Below, in pieces: positions 1-8,095 of a DNA stretch of 46,255 bases. A model generated the notes under the pieces. That model ran no database searches. It worked only from the letters and a program-made list of their open reading frames with translations, and was not told where the DNA came from. The number at the start of each line of letters is the position of its first letter. Within the stretch, counting starts at the first letter, position 1. The position numbers and the translations under genes were made by a program. Origin of the DNA: Bacillota bacterium (lineage in GTDB: Bacteria; Bacillota; Clostridia; RUG12999); contig JAUZPZ010000002.1 in NCBI GenBank assembly GCA_030705675.1, forward strand, positions 1 through 46,255, in the 5' to 3' direction.

Positions 1-141
1 CGCCTGTTTACCCTGTTCAGATATTGCTTTGCCCACTTAAACCATCCAGGGCTAATGCAAAAAATACCTTTATGATGCAACCTATCGGCAATTTCAGCTT
101 CCTTGCCTAAAAGCTTACGGCTCATTTGGTAGCCGCCTTTC
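1..141. repeat. Left copy of the 141-bp exact terminal direct repeat
   Basis: cgcctgtttaccctgttcag...tggtagccgcctttc is read at both window ends. Confidence 0.95.
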
Positions 142-441
142 CCCTTTGGGTTCCCCATTCATGCAACAATCATTCAGATCTCTATCTTGGTCGTGAAGAG
201 TGCAAAATGTTTCCCCTGGTTCGTTGTACTCTTCCTCATATTCCGAGCTGCTTCGATAAAAACACTCCCCGCACGTACACTTTGCTATGCGGCCATCGTC
301 ACGCGCCTTGACAAGTTCGGCGAAGTCGGAAGTGGTGCCGAGGTCTTCATAGGCGGCGAGGCGCAGAATTACGCTATCGCCTTTAATGTCAGCACGCTGC
401 ACCACTCCATTTTTAAGCCGCTTTGTCAGCCTATCTTCCAT
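115..441 (-). CDS. Hypothetical Cys-rich small protein
   Basis: 108-aa ORF with CTCGEC and CC motifs. It overlaps the upstream stop by 11 nt. Through the terminal repeat, its stop is overlapped by the start of the ORF listed at 46057-46239. Confidence 0.5.
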   Translation of the reverse strand: MEDRLTKRLKNGVVQRADIKGDSVILRLAAYEDLGTTSDFAELVKARDDGRIAKCTCGECFYRSSSEYEEEYNEPGETFCTLHDQDRDLNDCCMNGEPKGERRLPNEP

Positions 442-772
442 CGTGTGCCTCCTGTCCTAACCGTCTGCCACAGTGCGGGCAGAAAACAAATTTTTCATCA
501 TTAGGGATTTCGCTGTTTCCGCCCGTCAAATATACTTTTGGGCGGTCAAACATAATGCTCAATCCTGCCTTTTCAAATGCATCGCTTCGGCACCATTCGC
601 ACCCTTCCGACTGCCGCCGAACGATAGCGGCGATTTCGTCAAGGCATTCAATTTGAGTTATTAAAGGCTTTTGATATTCGGTTTGTTGCAGTGATGAAAA
701 ATAACACTTTCGATTAACAATGTTTGTCTTGATAGTTTCTATCGTATTAAGCAGCTCTTCGGTTTTGCTCAT
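431..772 (-). CDS. Hypothetical zinc-ribbon protein
   Basis: MSKTEE start at 772 forms an ATGA overlap with the stop of 769-1260. CEWC...CPHCG cysteine pairs are present. Confidence 0.5.
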   Translation of the reverse strand: MSKTEELLNTIETIKTNIVNRKCYFSSLQQTEYQKPLITQIECLDEIAAIVRRQSEGCEWCRSDAFEKAGLSIMFDRPKVYLTGGNSEIPNDEKFVFCPHCGRRLGQEAHDGR

Positions 773-1260
773 TCTGTGTGTGCCTCCTTCATAAAACATA
801 ACCAATGCGTGTTTGCTTTTTTACCACTTCGATGCCCTATTAACGGTTCGGCTCCAATTGTTTTGATTAGATCTCGAGTGGATATTGACGTTTCGGACCA
901 TTTGAAAATTAGCACTCCGTCAGGCTTTAGTACTCTTATGCATTCATCGAATCCCGCCTTAATGATTTCCCTCCAATTATCGTCAAGGTATCCGTAAGCC
1001 TTTCTATACCATGCATTTTCTTTTAGATTCAAAATATGTGGAGGGTCAAATATTACCAGTGAGAAGCATCCATCTTCAAACGGGAGATTGGTAAAATCAC
1101 AAATCAAATCCGGGTGAATATGTAAGTGACGCTCGGATCCCGTTGCGCCGAATCTTTTTGTATGGTCTTCGTCTCTAATATCGCAGTAAATTGCCAATGG
1201 GTGATTTTTATTAAACCAAATCGTGCGGCTTCCGCAACAAGCATCAAGTATCGGCTTCAT
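769..1260 (-). CDS. Small SAM-dependent (DPPH-motif) nucleic-acid methyltransferase
   Basis: Motif I-like ILDACCGS and motif IV-like IFDPPH; 163 aa with no obvious target-recognition domain. Confidence 0.65.
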   Translation of the reverse strand: MKPILDACCGSRTIWFNKNHPLAIYCDIRDEDHTKRFGATGSERHLHIHPDLICDFTNLPFEDGCFSLVIFDPPHILNLKENAWYRKAYGYLDDNWREIIKAGFDECIRVLKPDGVLIFKWSETSISTRDLIKTIGAEPLIGHRSGKKANTHWLCFMKEAHTE

Positions 1261-1288
1261 AATCTGCTGCCTCTCCTTTCAATCGGGG

Positions 1289-2071
1289 TTAAAATATACT
1301 TTGCTGTATCGTTCGTGATTGCAATATTTCTTCGCATAGCATTTTCTCTTTTGCTTCTCGGTAAAAGTTTTTATCAACCTCAAAGCCGTAACTATTTCTA
1401 TTCAGCTCGTAAGCCGCTCTTAAAGTTGTTCCGCTGCCGGCGACTGGGTCAATTACAACGTCGCCCTCGTCCGTGAATATTTCAATAAGCCTTTTTAAGA
1501 GGTTTACCGGCTTCTGTGTAGGGTGTATTTTGGGGTACTCGTTTTTGCTATCCCTTTTCCACTCGAACCAGTTGAAAACCATCTTCCCGCCGTTATTAAA
1601 CTTTGGGAGCTTCTCACGATACAAAACAACCGCGTGTTCAGTCGCTCCGACGATCTTCATATTGGCTTTAAGCACTTGCGCAGAATAGTTTTTGATGAAG
1701 AAAATAGGGTAGCTGTTGTTAAATCCGTATCTTTTGCCGTACTCAATAACCATCTGAATTTGATCGAATGCGCAAAACACGATCATGGCTGGTGCTTTCC
1801 CTTTTTCTTTGGGTTCTTTGATTAAAAGCCGACTGCAAAAGTGCATATACTCCGCGATTTTGAAATTACCGTCTGTGTTAAAAAATGATTTTGCTGCCTT
1901 TTTACTTTCACCGTTTTTGTTGTCTCCGTCTATGTACCACTCTGTACTAGAGGCGTAAGCATTTACCCCTAAGTTATACGGAATATCTGCAATTACCAAC
2001 TGTGCTTTTGGTATATTGTATCTTTTATAGTTTTGGAAATTATCGTGATACAGTTCTGCTTTAATTTTCAT
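1289..2071 (-). CDS. Site-specific DNA methyltransferase, N6-adenine/N4-cytosine family (beta-class order)
   Basis: ADIPYN (DPPY-type motif IV) precedes HPTQKP...VIDPVAGSGTT (motif I), which is the N6_N4_Mtase signature. Confidence 0.85.
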   Translation of the reverse strand: MKIKAELYHDNFQNYKRYNIPKAQLVIADIPYNLGVNAYASSTEWYIDGDNKNGESKKAAKSFFNTDGNFKIAEYMHFCSRLLIKEPKEKGKAPAMIVFCAFDQIQMVIEYGKRYGFNNSYPIFFIKNYSAQVLKANMKIVGATEHAVVLYREKLPKFNNGGKMVFNWFEWKRDSKNEYPKIHPTQKPVNLLKRLIEIFTDEGDVVIDPVAGSGTTLRAAYELNRNSYGFEVDKNFYREAKEKMLCEEILQSRTIQQSIF

Positions 2072-2132
2072 AAATACCTCCCATTCTCAGGAGGCAACCG
2101 GTTACCTCTCTGCCCCGGTGATCAGTCCGGGG

Positions 2133-2969
2133 TTAATACTTATTTCTTACTTCGCTGATTTTTTTATTTACCCATTCTGGCTTAAGCCAGGATTTTTGAA
2201 ACTCATACCATTCCCGGTCGTATTTGCCTTTTTCATCCCGATATAACATTGCATACGGTGCAAACCCGGCTTTAATGGCCTGTGTCATACGCTCTTCCGC
2301 TTTTTCAAACGTATCGCCCTTGTACCCGATCAAGCAGTAACAGCACAAAGCCTTGCTTGCAACCGTAAACCCTGCGTCAATCATCATTCTCCCGGCGTAA
2401 ACCAAAGGTTCATAATCATCCGGCGTATCGTAGGCAAAATAGGCTCGTTTTGTTTTTATTTCTTTCATACGCTTACAGTGCCAAGGCTTTAATATTTTGG
2501 CTTCAAGCCCTCCGGTGAATTCCGGGTTTTCCTTTTGCCGTTCGAGCATGTCAAAAACTGCGTTAATGTGTTCATCGGAGCATTGCAGGAGGTTGCTGTC
2601 TATAATGTTGTAACCGTCCATGACCGGGATCTCCCTGATTGGCCCTTCGCGTTTCGGCACCATGCAAAACCAGCAATGGTTATTGCAACCCCTCGACGTC
2701 ATAACATAGCCTTGTTTTATGTACATACCCGGCGTAAATAAGTCGCCATAGGCGTCATAAGCGGGGCCGCCGACCTTTACCGGAACGCCTAAAACTGCCC
2801 ACTGGAAAGCAAATTCTTCTGCTATTGGCTTGTCGTATGTGAAAGTGCAGGAAACGTGTACTTCCTCGATTTCCGGCATCTCGTCAAGCCTCGGTGGACC
2901 ATTGAAAAAAACAAGATCATCGTCCGGCGTCGCTTTTGTTTTTCGTGGGAATATTCGCGCAATCCGCAT
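2133..2969 (-). CDS. Radical SAM enzyme of unknown substrate
   Basis: SRGCNNHCWFC matches the CxxxCxxC 4Fe-4S/SAM cluster motif. 278 aa, sitting between an HTH-like ORF and two MTases. Confidence 0.8.
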   Translation of the reverse strand: MRIARIFPRKTKATPDDDLVFFNGPPRLDEMPEIEEVHVSCTFTYDKPIAEEFAFQWAVLGVPVKVGGPAYDAYGDLFTPGMYIKQGYVMTSRGCNNHCWFCMVPKREGPIREIPVMDGYNIIDSNLLQCSDEHINAVFDMLERQKENPEFTGGLEAKILKPWHCKRMKEIKTKRAYFAYDTPDDYEPLVYAGRMMIDAGFTVASKALCCYCLIGYKGDTFEKAEERMTQAIKAGFAPYAMLYRDEKGKYDREWYEFQKSWLKPEWVNKKISEVRNKY

Positions 2970-3084
2970 TTTATTTTCCTTTCTGCCTCGGTGGTTAATT
3001 ATTCTTTGCCTGTTTTTTGCATTTCTGGCTTGTTTTTCCTCTGCCGTGTAATTTCACGTCTTTTGAGTTTTCTCCGCTCTACGG

Positions 3085-3375
3085 TCAAAAAATCGGGGTA
3101 GAAAACGTATGTTCGGAATGCCCTGAGTATTTTGTTTTTCTTTTTGGCAATATGGTGTTGTAGACTATTTCGTCGGTCTCGTCCCACCAGATTTCTTCTT
3201 TTAAAAATTTAACTCCCGATTTTCTACCGTTTGTTTTATTGCAAATACAAGTAATTACACTGTTCCTGGTAGTATGAAATTCTTTTGCCAAGTCGTTAAG
3301 ATGGTCTGCTATGAATAAAGGCAATTCGTATTTGTCGGCAGTAACAGCCATATAGATTTTCTTCTTTACTTGCAA
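3085..3375 (-). CDS. Hypothetical small HTH-like protein
   Basis: GGAGG followed by 7 nt and a TTG at 3375 (ATG alternatives at 3399 and 3351). Contains a YELPLFIADHLNDLAKEFHTTRNSV helix-turn-helix-like stretch. Confidence 0.5.
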   Translation of the reverse strand: MQVKKKIYMAVTADKYELPLFIADHLNDLAKEFHTTRNSVITCICNKTNGRKSGVKFLKEEIWWDETDEIVYNTILPKRKTKYSGHSEHTFSTPIF

Positions 3376-3827
3376 TTTTTTGCCTCCTTGTCTGTCCATT
3401 GGTTTTCGGATGTGTCAATTTCTTTAATCTCCGCAATAACCCTTGCTTCACGGCAAGTAAAGTATTTTTTAACACCGCCGTCTACGATCTGCACATCATC
3501 TTTGTAAGCAATGCCGTTAAGCGAATCCGCAACAATTTTCCCGATATTATCCCAATCTGGTTTTACCGTTGGTCTGATAATGTTGTGTTCAGCCGCTAGC
3601 CGTTTTCCTTTTGTAAACGATTTTGGAATTTCAAACAAAGCGTAAACTTCAATTTTTAGCGGTTTTGTGCCGTCAAACATTTTCCCGCCCTGCTGCTGGT
3701 AACAAAGCTTTACCCAATTTTCGTAGTTTGCTGTCTGCTCCGGCGTGTATGTAGTGACGTAGTTTCCGCGTCTGGCAAACTTCGGGCGGCCTTTTCCCTG
3801 GACTTTACCGATAATCTCAAACGTCAC
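3366..3827 (-). CDS. rusA: RusA-family Holliday-junction resolvase
   Basis: GKGRPKF...YTPEQT...KPDWDNIGKIVADSLNGIAYKDDVQI motifs are typical of RusA. Confidence 0.85.
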   Translation of the reverse strand: MTFEIIGKVQGKGRPKFARRGNYVTTYTPEQTANYENWVKLCYQQQGGKMFDGTKPLKIEVYALFEIPKSFTKGKRLAAEHNIIRPTVKPDWDNIGKIVADSLNGIAYKDDVQIVDGGVKKYFTCREARVIAEIKEIDTSENQWTDKEAKNCK

Positions 3828-3981
3828 TTAACCACCCCGCCTTTGCTTTAATTTCTTTACAGGTTTTACGCCATTCCGTCTTAAACCAATTTGTGAAAAT
3901 TACGCATTTTATTGTTTGAGCGCAATCTTTACCGTCTGATCTGTGTTTTTGTTTACATCTGTTACAAGGGCTTTCTGTCAT
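3817..3981 (-). CDS. Hypothetical Cys-rich 54-aa protein (below the ORF-track cutoff)
   Basis: ATGA overlap with the upstream stop at 3978-3981. It fills an otherwise empty gap. Sequence begins MTESPCNRCKQKHRSDGKDCAQTIKC. Confidence 0.4.
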   Translation of the reverse strand: MTESPCNRCKQKHRSDGKDCAQTIKCVIFTNWFKTEWRKTCKEIKAKAGWLSDV

Positions 3982-4091
3982 ACTCCGCACCTCTTTGCAA
4001 GTTTTTTCAACCGTTTTTCGTATTCCTTCGTCGGCAAGTTTAGCTGGTCAAGCTTCATTTTCTCTGTGCGGTATGTAAAGTAATCAGCCAT
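3978..4091 (-). CDS. Hypothetical 37-aa protein
   Basis: GAGG RBS 6 nt before the ATG at 4091. It is stop/start coupled to both neighbours. The longer 3978-4232 frame would overlap 4084-4266. Confidence 0.35.
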   Translation of the reverse strand: MADYFTYRTEKMKLDQLNLPTKEYEKRLKKLAKRCGV

Positions 4092-4266
4092 CGGTTGCCT
4101 CGCTTTCGAGCCACTTTTTATTTCCGATAATTGCGCTACATGATTTTTTGTAATATTTTCCGCATATTCCTGTATAGTTTGCATCTGAAAATCTTGGTAT
4201 GAAAAACAACATAAACTTCGCCATTTCCTCAACGCTCATTGCTTTTATCCGTTCAAAATTTGTCAT
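4084..4266 (-). CDS. Hypothetical small phage protein
   Basis: Strong AAGGAGGAA RBS 8 nt before the ATG, immediately after the dnaB stop. Confidence 0.6.
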   Translation of the reverse strand: MTNFERIKAMSVEEMAKFMLFFIPRFSDANYTGICGKYYKKSCSAIIGNKKWLESEATDG

Positions 4267-4281
4267 GTGTACCGTTCCTCC

Positions 4282-5526
4282 TTAATCATCATCTGCAAAT
4301 ACTCTGCTCTTTCTTTTCGGCGGCGTATACCGTTCTTCGGTTTCGGTAAAAATCATGTGCGCCCCGTCAAATCTTAAAACCACAGCGCCGGTCTTGCCTC
4401 TCCTGTTTTTCTCCACGGTACAGCCGACTTTAATTGGCTTTCCTTCATCTGAGTATTCTAATTTCCAAAGCATAATAACCTTGTCCGCGTCCTGCTCAAT
4501 ATCTCCGCTCTCTCTGAGGTCTCTGAGTGTCGGCTTTTCAGTCTCGTCCTTTTCTCGGTTAAGCTGTGATAAAACGGCTATTGGGATTTTAAGTTCTTTA
4601 GCAAGAATTTTCAGATCTCGGGTCATTGCTCCGATTTCAAGATAACGTTTGTCTGATTTTTTATGGCTCTGCATAAGCGTTAGATAATCAACAACGATTA
4701 GCTTTAAGTCTTGAATACTTCTCGCCATTGCCCGGATTTTTGGTACTGTGGTATAAGGATCGTCGCTTATTAAAATCGGTAATTTTTCAAGCGTTCCTAC
4801 TTCATGCGCCATGTTTTGTTTATCGTTTAATTCAAGGTCATTGTCGATTAACCTATCCATATCTACGCCCGACCGGGCAACTAAACGTTCGGCTATTTCT
4901 TCCGGTGACATTTCAAGGCTGCAAATCAACGTCTTATTTCCTTTCGCGGCGGCAGCACGAGCGATCTGTATTCCTAATGCGCTTTTACCTACTCCCGGTC
5001 TGGCGGCAATTACAACAAGATTCCCGCCGCACAATCCTTTCAAGATTCTGTCAAGCCTTGACATGCCGGTGTCTATTCGAATCATGGCGGTTGACGCACT
5101 TTTTTCTACATACATTGCAGTAAGCGCGTCTGCGATTGTTTTAATGCGGTCAGTTCTTTCCGTTTCTAAAAATTCACGGCACATTCCGATCAAATTCCCG
5201 GCAATATCCTGCGGTTCATCATTGACAAGCAATTCTTCAATGCTGTCATGCAAAAAGCGAATCCCTGCATTTTTATGTACGATTTCGGCATAATCCATAG
5301 CGTTTGCCGAAGTTGGAGTTATTTCCATAAGTTCAAAAACAAATCTTGCTGCGTCTTTCCCTAGTTTTGCCTCCGCAATATTTGCCGCTATAACAGTGTC
5401 AAACGCTTTGCCTCTTTCGGAAATGTCAACAGCCGCCTCAAAAATAATCTTGCAGGTTTCATTCATAAAATCTTCTGCTTTGAGCTTTGCGGCTACTTGA
5501 GGTATAACTCTCGGGTCAAGTATCAT
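4282..5526 (-). CDS. dnaB: Replicative DNA helicase DnaB (coding sequence very likely extends to 5583)
   Basis: Walker A ARPGVGKSALG plus VVDYLTLMQ, SQLNRE and KNRRGKTG motifs. The first ATG is at 5526, but the 20 in-frame codons upstream encode the conserved DnaB N-terminal box SIEAEQSVVGAMILD. Confidence 0.9.
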   Translation of the reverse strand: MILDPRVIPQVAAKLKAEDFMNETCKIIFEAAVDISERGKAFDTVIAANIAEAKLGKDAARFVFELMEITPTSANAMDYAEIVHKNAGIRFLHDSIEELLVNDEPQDIAGNLIGMCREFLETERTDRIKTIADALTAMYVEKSASTAMIRIDTGMSRLDRILKGLCGGNLVVIAARPGVGKSALGIQIARAAAAKGNKTLICSLEMSPEEIAERLVARSGVDMDRLIDNDLELNDKQNMAHEVGTLEKLPILISDDPYTTVPKIRAMARSIQDLKLIVVDYLTLMQSHKKSDKRYLEIGAMTRDLKILAKELKIPIAVLSQLNREKDETEKPTLRDLRESGDIEQDADKVIMLWKLEYSDEGKPIKVGCTVEKNRRGKTGAVVLRFDGAHMIFTETEERYTPPKRKSRVFADDD

Positions 5527-5579
5527 TGCTCCGACTACGCTTTGCTCCGCTTCTATACTTTCGCTGTATTTAAGATCGT

Positions 5580-6398
5580 TTATTTTTCATCACCAAATTT
5601 CGCATACAACTTTTCGATCTGTTTTCGGAAGGTAGCACCGCTTAAAATGTTTTTCTGCCAGAAATCATCTTCCTGTGATTTTTCCAAAAGATAACCTATA
5701 AGCTCCCATGAATACCCGTCTATCCGTTTTGCCTTGTCGAAAGCGTCGGCCCATTTCTGCAATTGTTGTTCGATTGCTCTTTTGCGCTCCGGCAACCTTT
5801 CAGATATTGCATTGTCTAAAAACGATGCACAGCGATACGGATTAGATGTTTTTTCAAAAAGTTTTGTGTGTTCATCCCCTTGGGGGATTATAGGGGGTAT
5901 ATTATTATCATTCTTATCATTCTTGTTTATATTGTCGGGTTGTCGTTGCTCCCGCATGCCGTCCGTATCATTTCCATTGTTGCTCTCATTGTTGCTTACT
6001 CCGTTGCTCCCGTAGTTTTTAATGTCCTGATAAAAGCAGTAATTTGTAATAGTCACAATTATTCCGTGTGTTGCTCTCGTTGTTGCTATCATCGTTTCCC
6101 CCATCGTTGGCGTGTCGTTGCTCCCGTGAGGGTGTCCGTACGGATTCCGTAACCAATCTAAAATTTGAAATACTTGGTCTTTTGTTGGCGCTTCTTTTCG
6201 GTATCCAGAATACCAAGAACAACCATCTTGAATCTCTGGAATACTCGTATATAACTGCCCTTTCTTTAACTTTTTGTAATCAGAATGCTGTGCTTTTACC
6301 AATAAGTAAATCCAAACCTTTAAGTACAACGGTGGCTTATTCCATATTTCACTATCTACCAGTTTTCGGCTTATAAGAATGCATGTGTCAATCGTCAA
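5580..6398 (-). CDS. Replisome organizer / DnaD-like replication initiator
   Basis: Its position directly upstream of dnaB, an N-terminal winged-helix-like domain, an N/D-rich linker, and a C-terminal FWQKNILSGATFRKQ DnaD-type end. GGAGG RBS with a TTG start. Confidence 0.65.
   Translation of the reverse strand: MTIDTCILISRKLVDSEIWNKPPLYLKVWIYLLVKAQHSDYKKLKKGQLYTSIPEIQDGCSWYSGYRKEAPTKDQVFQILDWLRNPYGHPHGSNDTPTMGETMIATTRATHGIIVTITNYCFYQDIKNYGSNGVSNNESNNGNDTDGMREQRQPDNINKNDKNDNNIPPIIPQGDEHTKLFEKTSNPYRCASFLDNAISERLPERKRAIEQQLQKWADAFDKAKRIDGYSWELIGYLLEKSQEDDFWQKNILSGATFRKQIEKLYAKFGDEK
5907..6126. repeat. Candidate replication origin: AT-rich tract with a tandem 9-mer, plus a GTTGCT-core iteron array
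   Basis: CGTTGCTCCCG occurs at 5944-5954, 6002-6012 and 6116-6126. TGTCGTTGCTCCCG is identical at 5941 and 6113. Degenerate copies lie at 5977, 5989, 6068 and 6079. ATCATTCTT is repeated twice at 5907-5924. Confidence 0.55.
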
Positions 6399-6481
6399 TC
6401 ACCGCCTCCATGCGGGGCAGACCAACCGCCCCGTGTTCCAAAGTATACTTATAATCTTTGCTGCAAATTTGAAAGTTTCGG

Positions 6482-6865
6482 CTAAAACGGAAGCTCACCC
6501 GAACTTAAGTCGTCGTCTGACAACTCCGAGAAATCGCTTGTACTTGTGTCTTCATAAGTTGGCCCCGGTTGTGGCGTTGCACTTTCCAAAACTGTCATTT
6601 TCCAAACCGTCATGTCATAGGCTGTTTTCTTTTCCGTTCCAGATTCGTATTTCCTTTGCTCAAGCGTAAATTCATCAACTTGGATTTTGTCTTTTTCCTG
6701 TAAGGCGTTAAAAACAGTCGCGTTCCAATATTCGTTTTGCCAGTTACCCTCTTTGTCTTTTCGGGAGGTTCTTAGCTTGCACTTTGTATATGTTTTGCCT
6801 TTCTGCGAAGTTTTCACATCGGGCGAATAAACTGTTGCCTTAAAAGGTTTTGTGCCTATTCCCAT
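6482..6865 (-). CDS. ssb: Single-stranded DNA-binding protein
   Basis: OB-fold-sized protein with the acidic tail DDDLSSGELPF typical of SSB C-termini. It sits next to recT. Confidence 0.75.
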   Translation of the reverse strand: MGIGTKPFKATVYSPDVKTSQKGKTYTKCKLRTSRKDKEGNWQNEYWNATVFNALQEKDKIQVDEFTLEQRKYESGTEKKTAYDMTVWKMTVLESATPQPGPTYEDTSTSDFSELSDDDLSSGELPF

Positions 6866-6866
6866 G

Positions 6867-7499
6867 TCAATCCTCCATTGTAATTATTGTTTTTGTTTTT
6901 TCTGGTTCTGCGCCAAAAACATCTTCACGTTCGTCTGCCGTCTGGAATCCCATCAAGCATTCAGGGCATTCAGTACGAGCAAAAAAAGCGGCTGCGCGAT
7001 ACTTTAGCATCTGCTCAGGCATGGTTTTCCATTTGCTGCCGGGCTTTGTACTCCATCCCTCGTCTTGCGCCATTTTAAGCGTTATCTCTGTGCCTCTAAC
7101 CACCTTACCAGTTTTGGCGTTTACGGCCTGTAAATAGCACCCTCTTGTGCCGTCTGACATGTTCCCGGTCATAACATACTCAGAGTTAATAAACTTGCCT
7201 GAACCGTCAATTAAAGCTTTACATGCTTGCCCCGCCCAACTCGGCTTACCTTGTACTATGTAAAGATTCTGCATAACCAAAACCGGCGAAACGTCCATCC
7301 GCGATGCAAGCTCAAGAGCAACAAAACAATTTTCAGGCTTGCCCTTATAATTCATTGGAACCATGTCACTTTTTGAATATCTATCTGCAAGCTTACTTAT
7401 AAGGTTTAATGCTTTGGTATTTTGCAAAAGGTTTTGGGTTGCCTCCTGTGTTACTATCTGATCTGCATATTCTTGCTGCAAAGCCAATTCTTCGCTCAA
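6867..7499 (-). CDS. recT: RecT-family single-strand annealing recombinase
   Basis: RecT-like core (ALELASRMDVSPVLVMQNLYIVQGKPSWAG...MLKYRAAAFFAR). TTGA start/stop overlap with the exonuclease gene. Confidence 0.8.
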   Translation of the reverse strand: MSEELALQQEYADQIVTQEATQNLLQNTKALNLISKLADRYSKSDMVPMNYKGKPENCFVALELASRMDVSPVLVMQNLYIVQGKPSWAGQACKALIDGSGKFINSEYVMTGNMSDGTRGCYLQAVNAKTGKVVRGTEITLKMAQDEGWSTKPGSKWKTMPEQMLKYRAAAFFARTECPECLMGFQTADEREDVFGAEPEKTKTIITMED

Positions 7500-8095
7500 T
7501 TTATAACCCCTCTTTCGTGTTTTGTTTTAAGCGCCTTATGTAGCGCCAGACATGCCCTAAATTCTGTGTCGTCAATCGCCACGGGGTAAAACCGGTATTT
7601 GCCGGTTGCAAGCAATTGCAAGCAATATAACCTTACTGGCGCAGGCTTTCCGTTAACAATTCGCAAATGACTGTAAGCATTTAATTGAGATTTTACAAGC
7701 GTTTTTTTGATAGCTGACTGCGCTTTCAGATCGACAATACTTTCCTCGCCGTCAACCGTTCCGCAAAAGTCAGGCGTACCGGCAATGCCTAATTCTGTAT
7801 CAGCCAAAGGCTTTTCAATGTCCGTAAACTCGCATTTGTGATCTTTTAAAAACTGGATAAAAGCCATAACATATGGTTGCACATCTTCAGAGCATTCGAC
7901 TTTCTTATATTGGTAAAGCACTTCGCAGGCGGTGTGTGCTTCGGTTCCTCGACTTGCTGCGTTGTCTAACTTGTACTGGTTTATGTCATCGTATTCCTCA
8001 CGGGAAAGAAAGCGAAGGACCTCAGAAACGCTGTCCATCTTTACGCCGTCTACTTCGTAGATATGGTCTTTGTCGTAAAATACAAGTTGTGCCAT
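7496..8095 (-). CDS. PD-(D/E)XK exonuclease (RecT partner)
   Basis: GTPDF ... IVDLK forms a D...(D/E)xK motif. The gene is translationally coupled to recT. Confidence 0.65.
   Translation of the reverse strand: MAQLVFYDKDHIYEVDGVKMDSVSEVLRFLSREEYDDINQYKLDNAASRGTEAHTACEVLYQYKKVECSEDVQPYVMAFIQFLKDHKCEFTDIEKPLADTELGIAGTPDFCGTVDGEESIVDLKAQSAIKKTLVKSQLNAYSHLRIVNGKPAPVRLYCLQLLATGKYRFYPVAIDDTEFRACLALHKALKTKHERGVIN

Noticed and set aside
2999-3187. ORFs 2999-3187 (-), 2830-3101 (+) and 3399-3599 (+) around the radical-SAM / HTH genes.
   Set aside because: They overlap better-supported genes or are basic low-complexity frames without an RBS.
5580-5589. Programmed -1 frameshift fusing the replisome organizer to DnaB (and, at 10685-10690, the small ORF to the C5-MTase).
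   Set aside because: The dnaB junction has only GAAAAAT (five A) and the MTase junction has no slippery heptamer. The shared ATAA geometry fits termination-reinitiation better. This is not excluded experimentally.
5734-6222. ORFs 5734-6015, 5868-6152 (+) and 6019-6222 (-) overlapping the low-complexity linker of the replication gene.
   Set aside because: They are artefacts of the repeat-rich, compositionally biased iteron region. They have no RBS and overlap the supported frame.
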